A stretch of 64,000 bases of DNA from Chloracidobacterium sp. (GCA_016715795.1 JADJXP010000001.1:261705-325704); one strand, 5' to 3'. Positions 20,396 through 29,583 are shown, counted from the stretch's first letter. Numbers and translations are program-made. Notes: a model not told the origin generated them from the sequence alone.

Positions 20396-23272
20396 CTACG
20401 CGGCGAAAAACTGGTCGATCTTGTTGCTCAACTTCACCAGATTTTCATTCGCATCATCAGCATCGGTCAAATAAAGATAATCAAATTTCTTATAATCGAA
20501 CTTCTCGTTGTTCAGTTTCAAAAACTCTGTCTCGACAAATTTTCGTCTCAAAATAAAAGCCTTTTGATCCGCGAAACCCGAGCCCTTTGTTTCGAGTATC
20601 AACACTCGAAATATCTTGTCGTCCTGTCGCTCAATGATAAGGAAGTCGGGTGTGTAAAGGCCGATCCGCTTTCTATCCTTGGCCTCTCCCGAATAACAAA
20701 CGATACGGAAATCCGTAACGTCTCTATCGCCATTAAAGTAAACTTCCAGGTTCCTATCGCGCACCGACTGAAGGCCGAGGATAGTTTCAAGAAAGTCTTT
20801 CTCAAAGCCGCTGTCGAACTTGTACGGAAGATAATGGAATGTTCGGTCCTTGTTCGTGACCGGCATCGAATAACCATTAGGAACGTTTGGCAGCATATTT
20901 TCGAGCCCTTGCGAACGCAGCAACTCGACAGCTTTGTCATAATCCGACCGACGTTTAGCTATTTCTTCCTCAACGCTCACGCCCTTTGCATCAAGGGCCA
21001 GGATCTCATCAACATCCTTTTCGATAGGCAGATAGTTTCTTGGTTTGGCGATCTCCGACAACTTTTCAACGAGTAACATCTGGGCGCTTGCCGGGATGAT
21101 CTCTTCGCGAGTCAAAAGATCGCGGTGGCTATGAAACGCGAGCCTGATATGCGAATTTATTGCCGCTATATCGTGAAGGTCATTGAAAAACCGCTGTCCG
21201 TCCGTTTCGACGGTGACGCTCTCGAATATTTCCCGAAGCTGGTCGGTAAAGGGCCGCAACTCATCCAATGAGACGGCTTGGAAACCGTCCCGAAAGATCG
21301 AAAATCGCCAGCGATCAAAATTTGCGGCCGCGCCTTTCCATTGTGAAACAACCGATGTTGTCACACCTTCGCCGTCAGCAAGGTTTCGAGTGGCGATGAT
21401 CGCGGCGTTATGAAAATCCTTGGCGTCTATCGCCGCTATCTTAGCGGCAGGGTCGGCATCAGACTCCGTAACCACGGTCTCGTATTCGACATTGAGTTGA
21501 TAAAACTCGACCTTTGGTAGTTTCAAATGGTCTATCCGTGAATAACGCTCAAGCGAATCTCCAACTTTTACCTTTCCGGCGGAATTGAGTTCGGCAATTG
21601 AGGTCTTTTGCTTCTTGCCAAGCTCGTCGTTTAGGGTCTTTGCATTGTCATGGCTAAGCCATACGAGCGCCGTCTGCTCGGTGTCGTTCCCGACTTGCCG
21701 CAAACAGCGACAACTCGTCTGCAAGACCATGTTCTTTGGGCAATCGCCGGACTGAGAGAGAATAACGCCCGTCAAGCTGCGGCAATCCCAGCCCTCTTTA
21801 CCGATCTGGGCGAGTAGGACTATCTGCTTTTTCGACGACGGATCGTCGAGCATCTTGAATTCCAGTGCGGCGTCGGGCGGCGTCGGATGTTTCTTGTTCC
21901 CGATATGGAATCTAAGGATCGATTCCGGATCGATGCCCATCTCGCCGGTCAGAAAAGGAAAGACCTCATCTTCAAGCCGGTCGATCAGTCCACAATAGAT
22001 CGCAAGCTTTGCCATGGTTCCGTCCTCATATCTCGTTTTGCCGTATTTCTCACAAAACTCTTTGACACCCTTTTCAACTATCTGTAGCGAGTTTAGCCCC
22101 TGCTCCTCAAATTTGATCTGCGGCGTTTTCAGGAAGGTTCGAACCGCGTCAATGAGCGGATAGTAATAGATCGTGTTGGTTATCTGTTCGGACTGTAGGG
22201 TTATCTTGTCGTCAAGGACGATCTTTTCGCGTTTTTCCAAATATGGCGTGCCGGAATAACCAAGGACGCTGTTGGTATTCCCTGTTTCATTCCATCCGTT
22301 TACCACCTGACGAAGCTTGATGTCTGAGTCAGTTGCGTGGTGGACCTCATCAATGTGTATCTGTAGGTTTGGGATTTTTCCGATGAAAGAACGCAACTCA
22401 TTGGCAAGTTCATCCTTCTCCGTTTCACCCTCGAGGAAGAGATGGCCTTGCTTGTCGATCTTGAGCCGGTCAAGGATTACTTTTTCCGCATTGACGACCA
22501 TGACTAAGCCCATCAAGTCGTCGAATGGTTGGTGTCTCGCTATCTTCTGAACATTTGGGTTCTTCGCCTTATTGCTCTTGGTCGCAGATTTGGCCTCGTC
22601 AAGGACTTCGAACTTTATTTGGCGTTTCAAATTGGACGCCGCCGGTTCTGGGATCACCCAGGACGGGTCGAAACGCTCTATGGTTTTCAGACTCGGCACG
22701 ATCGAGGATTTCAGCCCCGAAGGCACCAGGACAAGAAAGTTGTGAGCAAACAGCCTGTTCTCGGGTTCGGTCTGAGCAAAATAAAGGTCGAGATACATGA
22801 TCGCGGCCATCAAGAACGTTTTCCCGGCTCCCATCGGCAACGAAAGCAAATAATCGGCGTATTCGACACCGTAGAAAACCTCTTTTGCAGCTCCCGCAAA
22901 ATCAAACGTATCGATGCTGTTCGCGACAAGGTTCTCTTCCTTTGACGGCGTCCGCGTCGTATTGCCGGCCTGTTTTCGGACAAACTCATAGATAGAGCGA
23001 GCGGCAACAGAATCCGAGAGTTTCTGACGAGCATCCTCCGTTAATTGCAGGTTAGCGAGGTCCAACCCGTGCGAAAAGAATCCTTCGACCAGTAGTTGCC
23101 ACAGAGGTTTGTTTTCGCCCTTGAGTTTCAGGAAGAGATACACTTCAATCGCTTCGACCTGCGGTTCCCGAAGAAAGCCACGGGCTCGAATGTATGAAAT
23201 GACCTCTTTGACCTTGCAATCGGGACTATCGATCCACGATTTGGCCTTTTGGAAAATGATCTCGTTGAGCAT
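20396..23272 (-). CDS. res: Type III restriction enzyme Res-like helicase-nuclease
   Basis: Helicase motif I (LSLPMGAGKTF), motif II DExH (IHIDEVHHAT), motif III (SGTP) and a motif VI-like QTSCRCLR. The C-terminus has a PD-(D/E)xK signature (LYTPDFLII...VLILETKG). The gene ends 18 nt upstream of the methyltransferase ORF. Confidence 0.8.
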   Translation of the reverse strand: MLNEIIFQKAKSWIDSPDCKVKEVISYIRARGFLREPQVEAIEVYLFLKLKGENKPLWQLLVEGFFSHGLDLANLQLTEDARQKLSDSVAARSIYEFVRKQAGNTTRTPSKEENLVANSIDTFDFAGAAKEVFYGVEYADYLLSLPMGAGKTFLMAAIMYLDLYFAQTEPENRLFAHNFLVLVPSGLKSSIVPSLKTIERFDPSWVIPEPAASNLKRQIKFEVLDEAKSATKSNKAKNPNVQKIARHQPFDDLMGLVMVVNAEKVILDRLKIDKQGHLFLEGETEKDELANELRSFIGKIPNLQIHIDEVHHATDSDIKLRQVVNGWNETGNTNSVLGYSGTPYLEKREKIVLDDKITLQSEQITNTIYYYPLIDAVRTFLKTPQIKFEEQGLNSLQIVEKGVKEFCEKYGKTRYEDGTMAKLAIYCGLIDRLEDEVFPFLTGEMGIDPESILRFHIGNKKHPTPPDAALEFKMLDDPSSKKQIVLLAQIGKEGWDCRSLTGVILSQSGDCPKNMVLQTSCRCLRQVGNDTEQTALVWLSHDNAKTLNDELGKKQKTSIAELNSAGKVKVGDSLERYSRIDHLKLPKVEFYQLNVEYETVVTESDADPAAKIAAIDAKDFHNAAIIATRNLADGEGVTTSVVSQWKGAAANFDRWRFSIFRDGFQAVSLDELRPFTDQLREIFESVTVETDGQRFFNDLHDIAAINSHIRLAFHSHRDLLTREEIIPASAQMLLVEKLSEIAKPRNYLPIEKDVDEILALDAKGVSVEEEIAKRRSDYDKAVELLRSQGLENMLPNVPNGYSMPVTNKDRTFHYLPYKFDSGFEKDFLETILGLQSVRDRNLEVYFNGDRDVTDFRIVCYSGEAKDRKRIGLYTPDFLIIERQDDKIFRVLILETKGSGFADQKAFILRRKFVETEFLKLNNEKFDYKKFDYLYLTDADDANENLVKLSNKIDQFFAA

Positions 23273-23315
23273 TAGGGAATTTAACTAGGGCATTATACAA
23301 CCGAACGCCCTTTAA

Positions 23316-23520
23316 CGAACAACGAACAATGAACAGTGAACCCTGAATGGAAGTGGAGAACGGGGAAATGGGTTGTGGGGAATCGAGAATTGGGAATGAG
23401 GACAAGGGTGACATCAACGGATAACGGATAGTGAATAACGGACAGTTGCGGAGAGGGACAAGGGAGAGACGCGGAGAGGTGGGGCCGGGAAATGAGAAGT
23501 GAGAAATGAGAATTGAAAAA
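23316..23520. repeat. ~210-nt degenerate heptanucleotide-periodic tract
   Basis: The sequence parses into about 30 consecutive 7-mers: CGAACAA CGAACAA TGAACAG TGAACCC TGAATGG ... TCAACGG ATAACGG ATAGTGA ATAACGG ... AATGAGA AGTGAGA AATGAGA ATTGAAA. Confidence 0.8.
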
Positions 23521-23533
23521 GACGTGGGGCAGA

Positions 23534-23599
23534 TTTTGTCGATACAGTGCGGTGTTTTTGTCGATACAAAACGATAAAAGCGGGCCTTTTGTCGATACA
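23534..23599 (+). promoter_or_regulatory. Three direct copies of TTTTGTCGATACA (candidate protein-binding sites)
   Basis: Exact 13-mers at 23534-23546, 23556-23568 and 23587-23599. The start-to-start spacings are 22 and 31 nt, roughly 2 and 3 helical turns. Confidence 0.45.
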
Positions 23600-23732
23600 G
23601 AAAATGGCAAAATGGACCTTCAGCCGATCGGGCATTTACTTTCGACCGACCAGGGGTGTTTGGCGTGGACAGAGGGCAAAAACGGCGGACAGTGACCGGC
23701 GAATTTGCTCCGTGTCGTTTTTTCTATGTTAA

Positions 23733-23760
23733 CCGTTCACCATTCACCGTTCACCACTGA
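23733..23760. repeat. Heptad word tract inverted relative to 23327-23350
   Basis: CCGTTCA CCATTCA CCGTTCA CCACTGA. Its reverse complement (TGAACGG TGAATGG TGAACGG) matches the word family TGAACAG TGAACCC TGAATGG at 23327-23350. Confidence 0.7.
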
Positions 23761-23928
23761 CAAAGCAACCTCGCAAAACGGCGCAGAATCATAGAGGCAA
23801 GTCATTATTCGGCTTTGAAATGCACCCTCTGTTGGGTATCCTAATAGTTCGCTTTTTGGGGCGGCGGCAGATGTGGCTTTTCGAGGCCTTTTGCGTGCCC
23901 TGCGGGCGGGCGGTCCAAGCGGTTTTGT

Positions 23929-26900
23929 ATGGTAAAGTTCAGCGTTCCGGCCCTGTGTCTATTGCTCTTATCGGTGTTTGCGGCCGCGCCCGTCTCGGCC
24001 GCCTCTGACGAGCGGCCGCCGGCCCGCGCCGCAGCCGCACAGCAGGTCGTCGAGAGCGTCGATATCCAGGGAAACCGACGCCTCCGCGACGAAGACCTCT
24101 TGTATTACGTCAAGACCCGCGCGGGCGACGTCTTCGATCCTGCAGCCCTCGAACGCGACCTTAAGGAGCTGCTCTCGCTAAACTTTTTTGATAAGACCGC
24201 CACGCGCGTCCTCGTCGAGGACGGCATCCGCGGCGGCGTCAACGTCATCTTCTCGGTCCGCGAACTGCCCATCATACGCGATCTGCAATTCAAGGGATCA
24301 AAGGCCATCAGCGAATCGGACATCCTCAAGAACTTTCGCGAAAAACGCGTCGGCATCTCAAAGGAATCCGTTTATGACCCTGTAAAAGCCCGCGGCGCAA
24401 CGCGCGTCCTGCGCGAGCTGCTGGCCGCAAAAGGCTATCCGAACGCCACGATCACCGTCCAGGAAGAAGAGGTCTCGGCCACCTCGATCGCCCTGATATT
24501 CAATATCGATCAGGGCAATCGCTCGCGTATCGTCAAGATCGAGTTTGAGGGCAATGACCACTTCAGCGACGGCGAACTGCGTGGCTCGATGCAATACGTC
24601 AAGCCGACCGGCCTCATCTCGCGTGTCAAAGGGATGGACATCCTTCATCTCGAAAAGCTCCAGGCCGACCTCCAGCGCAACGTCCGCGCCCATATGTGGT
24701 CAAAGGGCTATTTTCAGGCCCGCATCGGCGAACCGCGCGTCGAGGGCCTAGGCTATAAACGCACGGGATTCCCCATTCTAAAAGCGTTTCCCTTGCCGCT
24801 CGTCACGTCAAAGGACGACACGCTGCGTATCATCGTCCCCGTCACCGAGGGTAAGGTCTTTCGCGTCGGCGAGCTAAAGGTCGAGGGCAATTCTATCTTT
24901 TCCGAGCAGCAGATCCTCGGCTACGTCGGCCTCAAACAAGGCGAGATCGCCGACGGCAAACGCCTGCAGGACGCAGTCTTTGAAGACCTAAAGAAAGTTT
25001 ACGGCTCGCAGGGATTCGTGCAGTACACGGCCGAGTTTGACCCGCAGTTCAAGGACAATCCCGCAAAACCCGACGAAGGCATCGTTGACATCACTATCAC
25101 CATCGAGGAGGGCAAACAGTTCCAACTGCGGCGACTCGAGTTTACGGGAAATACGTTCACGCGCGACAAGGTGCTGCGGCGCGAATTCTTACTAAACGAA
25201 GGTGATACATATAACCAGAACTTCCTCGAGATATCGCTGGCTAGACTGAATCAGACGCAGTATTTTGACCCGATCGACAAGGACCAGGACGTTGAGATCC
25301 GGACCGATGAAGAAAAAGGTGATGTTGACCTCGTCGTTAAGGTTAAAGAAAAAGGCCGACAGCAAATCTCATTCAACGGTGGCCTCGCCGGTATCGGCGG
25401 ATCGTTCTTTGGGCTGGAATACTCGACAAACAACCTCGCCGGCCGCGGTGAGGTGCTCTCATTCAGCCTCGGCTATGGCAATCGGCAGCGGAGCATTCAA
25501 TTCAGTTATCAAGAACCGTATTTTCGTGACCGCCCGATAGCTGTTGGACTTTCGGTATTTGCCAGCAGATATAAGTTCTTTGGCGAGGGCACATTCCTGA
25601 CTCAGAATCCGGACGTGCTCAACGACCTATTCAATCCCTTAGGCTCGGTCGTGACGGATGAGGCCAACCTGTTTACGCAGAGCACCTATGGTGCGAATGT
25701 TTTCGCAACAGCACCGTTGTCTGAGTTCTTTTTTAAGAAACGTCGCTTCACACAATTCTCTCGTATCGGCCTGACGTACCAGTTCACGGCCACGAGCATC
25801 GAAGATCCCGAAGTAAATTCGCTCGGCGACCCCGCTGCGACGATACCGGTCATTTACCGTCAGCCAAACATTCTTACAAGCCGCATCGTTGGGACCTTTG
25901 CTTACGACACTCGGCAGCCAGCAGCAAACGGTATCGATACGGTCGGCGGAAGACAACTGTCGCTCTCGTTCGGTTTTGCAGGCCTTGGCGGAGACGTACG
26001 GACCTACCAGCCGAATGTTCAATATTCGCAGTTCATTCCGGTAAGGAACAAGAAGTCGAAAACTCCGGACGTGTTAGCTTTTCGCGTTCTGGCGGGAACG
26101 ATCGGCACATGGTCAGTCAAGGACAAGATCCGTAACGCTAACTCGCTCTCGTTCGTGGGCGGTGTCCCGATCTATGAACGCTATTTCCTGGGCAGCGAGA
26201 ATGATATTCGCGGATATGATTCCCGGTCGATCGGTCCGATCTCACCGTTCGACACCTATGTGACGAGCCGTAACGTGGTCGTAAGCGCGAACGCAGCCGG
26301 AACCGCAAACACTCAGACCGGCCTCGACGACCGCACGCGAGACGAGATCATAGCGATAGGTATGCTGACCGGTGCAGGCGGCACCAATCCCGCTCTCTAC
26401 ACACGCAACTTCCGATTCATCGGCGGTGACACCGAGTTCCTTGCGAATGTCGAATACCGTCGGCCGCTGTTCGGGCCCGCAACGATGGCGATCTTCGCGG
26501 ACGTCGGCTCTGTATTCAACCTACGAAAGTCGGGAACGCAGATGATCAACAGCGAGTTCCTACCTGACGAGCAGTTGATCGGTGCCGGCCGCTTGACCGC
26601 GTTGGCATTGATCAATACGCCGGTTCTCGAGAGCAGCTTTGGCAGTCTTTTGTATTACCGCGACCGCGTGATGACAAAGACGGATTTCATCAATGAGTTT
26701 TGTCGAGGAAACCGCTTCGGCTGTCCGACAGCCCTTTCGCCGCAGGTTCAGCAACTGTTTCTTCGCGGCGAAGTTCAGCAGAACTCATTGTTGAGGGTAG
26801 ACGACGCAAAGTTTGGCAAGCTCAATGATTTCAAGTCTAGTGTCGGTGTAGAGCTCCGCGTGCAAGTCCCAATTGTCAATGTGCCGTTTCGCCTGATCTA

Positions 26901-27006
26901 CTATTTCAACCCTAATGGCAAGTTCGGCCTTACAGAAGAATTGCCCGGAATTTATCTCCCCGGAAAACGCAATGGATTCCGTTTCACGGTGGGAAGGACA
27001 TTTTAG
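23929..27006 (+). CDS. bamA: Outer membrane protein assembly factor BamA (Omp85 family)
   Basis: Signal peptide, several POTRA-like repeats (IESVDIQGNRR..., IRDLQFKGSKAISE..., IVKIEFEGNDHFSD..., VGELKVEGNSIFSE..., LRRLEFTGNTFTRD...) and a C-terminal beta-barrel ending in ...FRFTVGRTF. Confidence 0.9.
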   Translation: MVKFSVPALCLLLLSVFAAAPVSAASDERPPARAAAAQQVVESVDIQGNRRLRDEDLLYYVKTRAGDVFDPAALERDLKELLSLNFFDKTATRVLVEDGIRGGVNVIFSVRELPIIRDLQFKGSKAISESDILKNFREKRVGISKESVYDPVKARGATRVLRELLAAKGYPNATITVQEEEVSATSIALIFNIDQGNRSRIVKIEFEGNDHFSDGELRGSMQYVKPTGLISRVKGMDILHLEKLQADLQRNVRAHMWSKGYFQARIGEPRVEGLGYKRTGFPILKAFPLPLVTSKDDTLRIIVPVTEGKVFRVGELKVEGNSIFSEQQILGYVGLKQGEIADGKRLQDAVFEDLKKVYGSQGFVQYTAEFDPQFKDNPAKPDEGIVDITITIEEGKQFQLRRLEFTGNTFTRDKVLRREFLLNEGDTYNQNFLEISLARLNQTQYFDPIDKDQDVEIRTDEEKGDVDLVVKVKEKGRQQISFNGGLAGIGGSFFGLEYSTNNLAGRGEVLSFSLGYGNRQRSIQFSYQEPYFRDRPIAVGLSVFASRYKFFGEGTFLTQNPDVLNDLFNPLGSVVTDEANLFTQSTYGANVFATAPLSEFFFKKRRFTQFSRIGLTYQFTATSIEDPEVNSLGDPAATIPVIYRQPNILTSRIVGTFAYDTRQPAANGIDTVGGRQLSLSFGFAGLGGDVRTYQPNVQYSQFIPVRNKKSKTPDVLAFRVLAGTIGTWSVKDKIRNANSLSFVGGVPIYERYFLGSENDIRGYDSRSIGPISPFDTYVTSRNVVVSANAAGTANTQTGLDDRTRDEIIAIGMLTGAGGTNPALYTRNFRFIGGDTEFLANVEYRRPLFGPATMAIFADVGSVFNLRKSGTQMINSEFLPDEQLIGAGRLTALALINTPVLESSFGSLLYYRDRVMTKTDFINEFCRGNRFGCPTALSPQVQQLFLRGEVQQNSLLRVDDAKFGKLNDFKSSVGVELRVQVPIVNVPFRLIYYFNPNGKFGLTEELPGIYLPGKRNGFRFTVGRTF

Positions 27007-27014
27007 TATGAAGA

Positions 27015-27043
27015 TTGACAATGAATACCCATTTAATTACCAT
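27015..27043 (+). promoter_or_regulatory. Possible sigma70-type promoter for skp
   Basis: TTGACA (27015-27020), a 17-nt spacer, then TACCAT (27038-27043). The -10 element is weak. Confidence 0.3.
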
Positions 27044-27156
27044 TGCGTTTCTTTTTTCGAGACCGAAAGCAACATTAGCCAGTAAATAGGTTTCAAAGAT
27101 TCAGACAGCACTGATTAAAGTGTTTCGTTTACGGAGTAAGGAGTTTTAAGAGAAGA

Positions 27157-27768
27157 ATGAACAGGATAAAATATTTTGCTGCCGGCGGTGTCTTTACGGC
27201 CCTCTTCGCTGTTTCGGCGTTCGCTCAGGGTGGAAATACTACGACGACCAAGATCGGCTGGATAATCACGGCTGCGTTTGGCGATGATAAAGAAGGGATA
27301 ACTAAGTATGTGAATGCGGAAAAGGCCCTTGACGCCGAGATGAAGCCTCGTTTGACGGAACTGCAGACCCTGCAGACGAGGATGCAGTCGCTGTCGGAGG
27401 AGATCAAGAAGATGAGCGGCAATCCTGCCGTTCCCGTTGACCAGAAGACGATCGCTGCTAAACAGGACGAGGGACAGCGGCTCCAGCGTGAGTATGAGTT
27501 CAAGCAAAAGGAAGCCCAAGCCGCCTACGGAAAGCGCAGGGAAGAGGTAATGGCCCCGATATCGACTAACATCTTTCAGGCACTCCAGGAGTATGCCAAA
27601 AAGAATGGCTACACGGCCGTTATCGATATCAGTACGCTTGGGGCGGCGGACCAGCCGAGCCCCTTATTGTTTCTTGAACCGGCGGCGGATATTACCAAGG
27701 CATTCATAGCCTATTACAACACGCGTCCCGCCACTACGGCATCGACGACGCCGGCCAGACAGCCATAA
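27157..27768 (+). CDS. skp: OmpH/Skp-family periplasmic chaperone
   Basis: Signal peptide plus a coiled-coil-rich body (LQTLQTRMQSLSEEIKK...). It sits directly after bamA, as in many Gram-negative bacteria. Confidence 0.8.
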   Translation: MNRIKYFAAGGVFTALFAVSAFAQGGNTTTTKIGWIITAAFGDDKEGITKYVNAEKALDAEMKPRLTELQTLQTRMQSLSEEIKKMSGNPAVPVDQKTIAAKQDEGQRLQREYEFKQKEAQAAYGKRREEVMAPISTNIFQALQEYAKKNGYTAVIDISTLGAADQPSPLLFLEPAADITKAFIAYYNTRPATTASTTPARQP

Positions 27769-27850
27769 GGCACGATCAAGCTAGCTACGAACGAGCCGGT
27801 GAAATTGCCTTTTGCCGGCTTTTCGCATATATGTGGTTATTTATTCTGCC

Positions 27851-28294
27851 ATGATCATTCTTGATTCGATCGCCATTCAGGAAATAATCCCGCATCGATA
27901 CCCGTTTCTGCTGGTCGATCGCATCGTCGAGCTTGAAGCGCGCAAGCGCATAGTGGGAGTCAAGCAGGTCACGACGAACGAATATTTTTTCCAAGGCCAC
28001 TTTCCGGGTGCTCCGGTCATGCCGGGGGTCCTGCAGATCGAGGCCCTTGCGCAGGTCGGAGCGATCCTGGTCCTGCGCGAGTTTGATGACCGTAACCAGA
28101 AGATACCGTTCTTCAGCGGCATTGAAAATGCCCGCTTTCGCCGTCCAGTAGTTCCCGGCGACACGCTGACGCTGACGGTAGAGGCCCTGAGAGTCGGAAG
28201 CAAGGTCCAGAAGATGCGAGGTGTAGCAAGCGTTGACGGCCAAGTGACCGCCGAGGCTGAGATAATGTGCATTGTGGCGAATCGAGGAGGCTAG
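27851..28294 (+). CDS. fabZ: 3-hydroxyacyl-ACP dehydratase FabZ
   Basis: IQEIIPHRYPFLLVDRIVELE...GHFPGAPVMPGVLQIEALAQ. The start is taken at MIILDS (27851); the track ORF begins at 27812. Confidence 0.9.
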   Translation: MIILDSIAIQEIIPHRYPFLLVDRIVELEARKRIVGVKQVTTNEYFFQGHFPGAPVMPGVLQIEALAQVGAILVLREFDDRNQKIPFFSGIENARFRRPVVPGDTLTLTVEALRVGSKVQKMRGVASVDGQVTAEAEIMCIVANRGG

Positions 28295-28297
28295 GCC

Positions 28298-28570
28298 ATG
28301 GATCCTGTACAAGCAAGAGAGTTCTTCGACAACTACTTCTATTACATCATTGCCGGGAGCCTAATCTTTGGGGCTTTGATTGGCTTGGTTCCGCTCCTGA
28401 TCGGCCGTAGGCGAGGCCGTCGGAATCTGGGCATCCTCGGCTTTGTCGTAACGATTGTTGATTCCGGCATTTCACCGATACTCGGGTTCATAACCGCGGT
28501 TGTATTCACGTTGGTGCTAATTTTTGGCTCGAATACGAAAGGCGCCGACAATAAGGCCGGCCAGGAGTGA
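28298..28570 (+). CDS. Small two-TM membrane protein
   Basis: 90 aa, with two hydrophobic helices separated by RRRGRR. It lies between fabZ and lpxA, 3 nt after the fabZ stop. Confidence 0.5.
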   Translation: MDPVQAREFFDNYFYYIIAGSLIFGALIGLVPLLIGRRRGRRNLGILGFVVTIVDSGISPILGFITAVVFTLVLIFGSNTKGADNKAGQE

Positions 28571-28583
28571 TCTAACGGCCCCA

Positions 28584-29363
28584 ATGGCTACTTTTATCCA
28601 CGAGACCGCGATAGTTAGTGACACCGCGCAGGTCGGCCCGGACTGCGTTGTCGGTCCGTTTTGTACGGTTGGGCCTGAGGTGTCGCTCGGCAGAGGCGTA
28701 CGGTTGGATTCGCACGTTGCGATTGACGGACAGACGGTCATTGGCGACGACACGCACATATATCCTTTTGTGTCGATAGGCTACGCTCCGCAGGACCTCA
28801 AATACTCGGGTGAACCGACCTCTACCAAGATCGGCAAGAGAAATCAGATACGCGAATTTGTGACTATCCATCGTGGGACCGCCGCGGGCGGTGGCGTTAC
28901 CCGCATCGGCGACGACAACTTGCTAATGGCGCAGGCCCACGTCGCACACGATTGCCGGCTTGGCAACGAGATAATCATGGCGAACGCAGCTACGCTCGCC
29001 GGCCATGTCGACATCGCGGATCGGGCAAGCATCGGTGCCTATTCAGGCGTACATCAATTCTGCAGGATCGGGCTTGAAGCCTTTGTAGGAGGCTATTCCG
29101 TAGTTGTTAAAGACGCCATGCCGTATGCGATCATTCAAGGAAACCACGCCAAATGCTACGGCCTCAACCGACTGGGGATGAAGAGACGTTCCTATCCGCG
29201 TGAGACGATCGAGCATCTGAATCACGCTTTCCATCTCCTTCTTTCGTCAAAACTCAACACATCGCAGGCGCTCGAACAAATCCGCCGCGAGATCTCGAAA
29301 TGCAACGAGGTCGACGTACTAACGAACTTTATTGAGACATCGAAGCGCGGGGTCGTTAAATAG
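28584..29363 (+). CDS. lpxA: Acyl-ACP--UDP-N-acetylglucosamine O-acyltransferase LpxA
   Basis: MATFIHETAIVSDTAQVGPDCVVGPFCTVGPEVSLG is a run of hexapeptide repeats. The C-terminal helical domain is typical of LpxA. The start is taken at 28584. Confidence 0.88.
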   Translation: MATFIHETAIVSDTAQVGPDCVVGPFCTVGPEVSLGRGVRLDSHVAIDGQTVIGDDTHIYPFVSIGYAPQDLKYSGEPTSTKIGKRNQIREFVTIHRGTAAGGGVTRIGDDNLLMAQAHVAHDCRLGNEIIMANAATLAGHVDIADRASIGAYSGVHQFCRIGLEAFVGGYSVVVKDAMPYAIIQGNHAKCYGLNRLGMKRRSYPRETIEHLNHAFHLLLSSKLNTSQALEQIRREISKCNEVDVLTNFIETSKRGVVK

Positions 29364-29364
29364 T

Positions 29365-29583
29365 ATGATTAGCGATCAATCGGTGATCATGCGTTTTGGT
29401 TCTCGTGTGCAGCGCTGCTACGGCTGCTTCGTTGCCTACCACCTTAAGGATATGTACTTGGGTGAGGACGTTACCTTCTTCTGCGAGCACTGTAGGGACG
29501 ATTCAATGTTCCATTTTGACGATTTCTCTAAGCTAATTGATGTATCAAAGCTCGATGCTGCCGAGGATGAGCACCATCACTAG
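29365..29583 (+). CDS. Small CxxC...CxxC zinc-ribbon-like protein
   Basis: MISDQSVIMRFGSRVQRCYGCFVAYHL...FFCEHCRDD, with an acidic tail ending in HHH. The start lies 2 nt after the lpxA stop. Confidence 0.45.
   Translation: MISDQSVIMRFGSRVQRCYGCFVAYHLKDMYLGEDVTFFCEHCRDDSMFHFDDFSKLIDVSKLDAAEDEHHH

Noticed and set aside
18287-23272. The R-M cassette as part of an integrative element or prophage
   Set aside because: No integrase, recombinase, transposase, adjacent tRNA or phage gene is nearby. Only repeat tracts flank it, so its mobility remains speculative.
23293-23635. ORFs of 105 aa and 73 aa antisense to the heptad tract and the TTTTGTCGATACA repeats
   Set aside because: Their peptide sequences are periodic translations of the tandem 7-mers and 13-mers (for example FCIDK...LYRQK...VSTK). 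They are very unlikely to be genes.
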